Part shown: positions 57,101-64,000 of the stretch, in pieces
How the letters are laid out: every line of letters begins with the position of its first letter
Numbering within the stretch: position 1 is the stretch's first letter
Origin: the human T2T-CHM13v2.0 reference genome, Homo sapiens
DNA: 64,000 nt
Assembly: GCF_009914755.1 (NCBI RefSeq)
Contig: NC_060934.1
Strand: one strand, 5' to 3'
The notes under the pieces: model-generated
Seen by the model: only the letters and a program-made list of their open reading frames with translations
The model's database searches: none
Told to the model about the DNA's origin: nothing
Translations under genes and position numbers: made by a program

Positions 57101-59997
57101 CCTTTGAAAAATCGGTATAGATTTTCTAGCAGTTTTCCTTGAGAACCCCAAGACTGGGGTCCAGGACATACAAAAAAGAGAGGCCATACTAAGTTTTACA
57201 GGATTAGAAATTAGAGGTCCTCTTTCTAGAAACAGAGTAAGTAGGGCTTTATAAAAGCTGCAATTCAGCAGTTTTTGTCAGTCCCTAATTTGATTAAGGT
57301 GATTCCCCTGCCTTGGCCTATCATAGGAATTAACTTCTCCAAATCCTTAAAATTTTTTATACAAAATACGTAGCATGTCAAAAAAAGGGACCAAGAAAAA
57401 AATAGAAAATAGACACATAGATCTAATATATGATCCAATTATTGGAGTTATCACTGTGGACATGAAAATGCTACTATTCATGTACATAAAAATGTTGACA
57501 ATATGCAGAATTTCATCAGAGAATTGAATTTATATACTTAAAACTTTGAAAACTATATATTTAATTCATGCAATAACAGAAATTAAAAATGTAAAGTGTG
57601 GGATTCTTTACAGTAAAGGCACCATGAGGAGGATATTCTCTTCCAAAGAAAACAAGTGTAAAATAAAACAAAATTATTAACATCAACTTTTCAGGGAGAC
57701 ACACAAAAGTTGGCAACAACTTGAAAAATGTTTACTCGCGGAGAACTGCTAGAGCATTAGATAAGAACAATGTTTATAACTTTTGCTGAGGACATTTTTG
57801 GAAGTGAAAGAACCATACGGAGTTAGTGGGTTACCATCCACATATCCTTTCAGACTGCTGAACTATGTTAGGGAGCCTAGCAAAAATGGAACGCCTTAAG
57901 GAGACCTGCAATTTTGCTATAACTATAGTGTACTATTCAATCTACACAAAGAGCAGAGGGCTTCAGTTGTCAGAATAATCTTTGCAAATCAAGTGACTGA
58001 CTACTGAAATACACAGGTTCAGGAAAAACTCCCTAGAGAGCCAGGCCAAAGTGTGTATATACAAATATAAATAAAAAACAAATATATATGTGAAAAACAA
58101 ATATATATATATATATTGGAAAGCAAAACAAAGAAAACGCTATGTAGAAATAGCAACAGCTCTACTTTATATGGGGGAGAAATGCCATAGTTTGAGTCCA
58201 TGCAAATGAATTGCATACTAAAGCAGCAATAAGAAAAAACAATCATTATAAAAACAGAAATAAATGAATTTAGAGCCATTAAACACATTACTTAAAACAT
58301 ACAGTTTTGAATCACAAATTACGAGAAACCAGAGAGAAATCTAAACTGTCAGTCAAGGTTTCTATATCCAGTGAAACTATCCTTCAAAAATAAAAGCAAA
58401 CCAAAGGCAATTTTAAATAAAAACTATGAAAATTCATTGGTAACAGCCCTGGACTAGAACAAAGGCTAAAGAAATTTCATTAGGTCAAAGACAAATGACA
58501 CAAAATGATGCTATAAATCCACAGAAAAGATAATAGACATCAGAAACGGTAAATATTTTGGTAAATACAAGATTATACGAATATACTATAAGTACTATGG
58601 TTATGTATTATATATACTTTTTCCTTCTCTTTTCTTAATTTTTTAAGAGAAAGACTATTTGAAAACAACTTTTATTACACCACATTGTTAGTTTGCAACA
58701 TATACAGATGCACTACATATGACAATACTATTACACGGGAGGGTAGGATGCCACTATTTTTGTGCAAAGTTTCTATAACCAAGGTAAATAAGTATTAACT
58801 TGAAATATATTGTGGTGGGTTAAAGATAAATATTGTGATTCCTAGAAAATCACTAGAAAGTAATGCACAGAAATAAGCTAGTCAATAAAGAAAATAAAAT
58901 GGTGTACTATAAAATATTTAACACAAAAGATGTCAATAAAAGAGGAACTGAGAACAAACAAAAAAGAGAGACAAATAAAAGCAAACAGCAAAATGGCAGA
59001 CCTAATATGCCATTATACGGGCAGTAATATTAAATGTGAATGAGTAAATAATCTATCAAAAGGCAGAGATTGTTAATTGTATTAAAAATAAGACTCAATT
59101 ACTTGCTGTCTAAAGAGAGATGTACTTTAGGTTCAAAAAATCAAAACGTTTGAGGTTAAAGGATAAAAAAATACATGATATGCAAGCAATTAACATAAGA
59201 TAGGTGAAGTTGCTAAATTAATATCAGCTAAAATATACTCTAAGATGAAAAAATAGGGACATTTCAAAATTATAAAACAGTATAACAGGAAGATATATCA
59301 ATTACAAATGTATACACAATGAAAACCAGAGCTGCAAGAAATTAAATACAGAATTAAAAGGAGAAATACATAAATCAAAACTAGCTGGAGTTTTCACTAT
59401 TTTTCTCTAAGTAACAGAATAAGTAAACAAAATAGAGAATATATGGAAGACCTAAACAACATTAACCAATTTAGCCTAACTTAAACGTGAAGAGCACAAC
59501 ACTGAACAAAAATATACATTTTTTTCAAGTGCACCTGAATCATTCACCAACATGGATAATATGCTTGGCCATAAAACAAGTCTTAATCAATTTAAAATAA
59601 TTGAAATAATTCAGAGTATGTTCTGAAACTCCAACAGGCTTAAATTAGAAATCAACAACAGAAAGAAATCTGGAAAATCTCTAAATGTGTGGAAATGAAA
59701 CACTACATTGTCTGATTCACACTTTAAATCATAAAGGAAATTAGTACACTCAATTAATGTAAAAAATGTAAAAAAGTAATGTAAAAAATGAAATCACAAT
59801 ATATCAAAATATGTGAGATGCAAATAAAACAATGCCTAGAGAGAAATGTATAGCATTAAATTATTGTATTAGAAATAAGTAAACTCAAATCAGTGCTCTA
59901 TGTTTCAACCATAATGAACTAAAAAAAAGAGCAAATTAAATCTAAGGCACATAGAAAATAGGAAATAATAAATATCATAGTGGACATCAATAATGAT

Positions 59998-60130
59998 GTA
60001 GGTCAGAGGTCAGCTCACTGTTTTGGTCAGTAAATATTTGAAGCTTTACAGACCATATGGTCTCTGTCACAACCACTAAACCCTGCTGTTGTAATGTGCA
60101 GTCATAGATAACATGTAAACAAACAGTCAA
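59998..60130. mobile_element. MER58A-like DNA transposon fragment
   Basis: agtaaatattt..gcttt.cagaccatatggtctctgtcacaac.act.aaccctgc. Confidence 0.7.
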
Positions 60131-60356
60131 GTCAAGACCTGGCTCTTTCCAAAGAACAAAAATATTGATAAAATTTTGCCTAAACTGATCAAGAAAAAAA
60201 GAGAGAATACACAAACTACTAATATCAAGATTGAGAGAGGGACCACCTTTACAGATATAGTAAGCATTAAAAGAATAATAAAGGAAAAATCTATGAATAT
60301 GTCAATAAACTTGATGATGGGTGAAGTGGATCAATTCTCTAAAAAAATACAAATCA

Positions 60357-60671
<315 letters not shown>

Positions 60672-63249
60672 CTAAAACTAACCCAAGAAGTAGGAGAAAT
60701 CTCAACAAATCTAAATCAAGTAAAGAAGTTGAATTACTAGTTTAAATTTCTCACAAGAAAAGTTAAAGCCCAAGTGGATTCAGTAGTGAATACTGTCAAA
60801 CATTTAAGGAAGAAATGATATGAGGTCTAAAAAATATTTGAGAAAATACAGGAGGGAAGAATATTTCTCATTTTATGAGTCTGGCATTATGCTGATAGTA
60901 AAGCCAAAGTCATCAAAAGACACAAAGTAAAACAACAACAAATAATCTACAGACCAATATTCCTCATAAAGGTAGATTTGGTTCCTTATCAAAATATTAA
61001 CAAATTGAATTTAGCAATATACAAAAAGAATAATGCATCATAACCAAGTGGAGTTTATCCTTGGAATGTAGTTATTTTAACTTCTGAAAATCGCTAAATG
61101 TTATGCATCATATTAATAAAGAAGTCTTATGATCATCTCAATAGATGTTGAAAAAATCTTCTGAAAAAAGAATTTTATTTTTCATGAAAAACAAATTTAT
61201 GATAAAATCTCTGAGTGAACCACCAGCAACAGTGGGATAATTTTCAGTCTGATATGGCCGTCTATTAAAAACTTAGAGCTAATATTATACTTCCTGATTA
61301 TAGAGTGGATGTTTTAGCCTAATTTCAAAAAACTAAAAAGGTAAGATTGTCATTTCTCAATGCCTCTTTCTAAAAATTTTTACTCTTTTGATTTGGTTGG
61401 CTCTGCTCATAGGCCTGGAAATTTTGTTGTGTTAGGGTAATCAATTTTGTGCACAGCCGAAATAAAGATAAAAAACTTTACAGAGCATGTGCTATGAATT
61501 TTTAACTGTACCAACCACTGTGTTAATTTCTTCACACATATTATCTGGGTTAATTCTTAGATAAACTCTTAGAGACATGTAGCCTCTTTTTTTACATGTG
61601 GAAAAACTGATGCTCCCAAAAGTTAAGCAATTTGCTTGAATTCATAGAAGTTATGAAAGATAAAGCTAAGATTCAAATGCAGGCCTGACTCTATTCCTGT
61701 CGTTTAGAAAACAATTTTACAATTTTGAAATTCCAGAACATTTTAATTATGTTTATTTTATGAATGTTCCACCTTAATTAGGATTCATTAAAAGTCTTTT
61801 CCTTCTCATAGCAAATAACTGCCTAACTTAAAACAATTTAATAAATGATCACATATTCTTTGAAACAATTTTCATCAACTCATAGCAACCATTATTAATT
61901 AATATAGAGAATATATTACTTACTATTTCAAATGAGAAACATATATATTACAGGAAAGTACTATAAATTTAAAATAATTGCTTTTTAATGGTCACTGCTA
62001 CCAAATTTATCTTTTATATTTCCACATTCTAAATTTCTGGGCATTACTAATGGATTCTTTGTTTTGTTTCCTCACAAGATTTATTCTCCTCCAGGGAATA
62101 GCCTACAGCTTTGATGAAGTTAACATGCTTTTCAGTGGATATATGTTTGCTTCTACGTCCCTAAAGGTGCAAATAAAAATAGTCAGTTTTATTGCTTTTC
62201 AGATTATAGAGATTTAACATTTTATGGACTGGACTTTATGATTCCATCCCATGAATACCACAGGAACATTTTGCTCTATGTCACTCAGCAGAAAAAAGTA
62301 TATTTTATTACTCCTAATCTACCTGCTAAATTACTGTTACTGTTAATGAATCAGCACATTTTGTATACTCATGTAAGAGTTGTATAGTGTTTCTTTTCAC
62401 ATTTTATTTTCTAATACACATGAAAAAGTTCGGTTATGTACCTGGTGTAAGAAGATATACAATTTTTATCTCAAAAATAATTCATTAATAATAACCCTAA
62501 TAATCCTAAAAGGCTACTCCCCCTGTCTTCACCCCCACTTCCACCCCCAGTGATCTGCCGTGTGCCTTCTGCTTGCTATTACGTACAGATCTTTTTCAGG
62601 GCTCTCCACTCTCTTCCATCAGTTTGCTTGCTATTTATCTACTTTTGCACCTATAACATAATGTTTTAATTGCTACAGTTTGAGTTCTCCCAACATATGC
62701 TTTTGCAAGAATTGCTTGGCTATTCTTGGCATCTTACATGTGCAAATAAATTCAGATCAGCTTGTCAAGTTTCACCAAAAAAGTTTGGGATTTTTAGTGG
62801 AATTGCTTTATATCTATATATCATGGGTCTATAGATATAAATGTAGATAGGTTAAAATTTGGAGGAAATTTACATTACATATAATATATACATATACATA
62901 GAAAATTAAAATACATGAGAAATTATATATAAGGTGTGATGGAGTTAATGAAATTACACTATATTAAAATCATTGCTCTGTCCAGGAAGAAAAAACTAGT
63001 TAGTAATAGTCTTTGATATGTGAAAATTTCCTCTTGTGACCTTTTGTCAAAAGATTACTCTGAGATTTTAACTTTATTTACTTTCAAGTTTTCCTATGCA
63101 CCAGAATGGCTTAAGAGCTGCTAGAGATAAGCTATTTGGTGGCATAAAGAGAAGCCTAGTAGTGGAAATTAAAAGATCTGTCATGTAGACAGACAAGGTA
63201 CTGCCAGGCTACATCGCCACAGGGAGAAAACAGACAAAAATGGTGGGTA

Positions 63250-64000
63250 AAGAGAATAGCGATGGGGCGACAAATATGTCTAATTAATGTACCCGATAAT
63301 ATAGCCTTATAGTGTATAGAAGTAAATTAAAATAAATAAAACAGAAAATTGATAAATCCAAAATCACAGTGAGAGAGTTAATGCAACTGTGGCAGTTTAG
63401 ACAGCACATATAGATTAAAAAATTTATAAGCATATAGGAGATTTGTTAAATCTAACCAATAACTCAATTGAATTGGCCTTTATAAAATACTGCACCCCAA
63501 AACTGAAGGAAAATAGCTTTTAAATTACATATGAGTTATATGCCAAGCCAACTGACCATATGTCTGATGACAGAGCAATTTCAAGAATTTTTAAAAGATG
63601 AAATCATATAAATTATGTTCTTTGGCTGTAGTTGTATTATTCTATAAAAAAATAAGCAAAGCCAGCTAGAAAAACCCCATGTATTTGGAATTTATGAAAT
63701 ATATGAGTCCAGAAAAACCATAATGGAAATTAGAATATATTTAAAATTAATTTATTATAAAAAGAATATCTATAAAAACAAAAAAATAAAGCCATAATTA
63801 GTGGAACCTTTACAACCTTAATTATGTTAGGAAAGAAAGGCTAAAGATAATTGAGCGAAGCATTCCTCTCAAGAAGCTTGAGAAAGAACAGTGAAGAAAG
63901 ATAGAAGGAAGAAAATAATATTAGAAATTAATGTAAAAGTAAGTAAATATATAACAGGATAAACAAAGCAAAAACTTGGTTAATTGTAAAGATAAATAAA
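63250..64000 (+). mobile_element. Ancient L1M ORF2 fragment
   Basis: gaaaattgataaatcca, aatactgcacccca, ctcaagaagcttgagaaagaaca. Confidence 0.6.

Overview
Primate (human-like) non-coding DNA that is AT-rich, CpG-depleted and dominated by retroelements: about 14 Alus, many L1 fragments of different ages, MaLR/ERV solo LTRs, and MIR, L2 and DNA-transposon fossils. I see no intact protein-coding exon, RNA gene or CRISPR array, and no functional undescribed system that the sequence supports. The only clearly gene-derived sequences are a full-length, frameshifted RPA2 processed pseudogene (- strand, ~43.3-44.9 kb) and a ~1.8 kb polyadenylated 3'-UTR-like retrocopy (+ strand, ~50.6-52.4 kb; parent tentatively MLEC from recall, unverified). 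The most unusual structure is at 43.2-49.1 kb: a five-element nested insertion (AluJ > 5'-inverted L1PA > RPA2 retrocopy > AluY-like, plus an ERV1 LTR in the L1) carrying several short templated insertions apparently copied from neighbouring DNA. Also notable are a degenerate Gypsy-type integrase fossil (~5.0-5.4 kb), a fold-back inverted duplication inside an MST LTR, and a MADE1 with symmetric arm changes. Subfamily names come from recalled consensus sequences and need RepeatMasker/Dfam confirmation.
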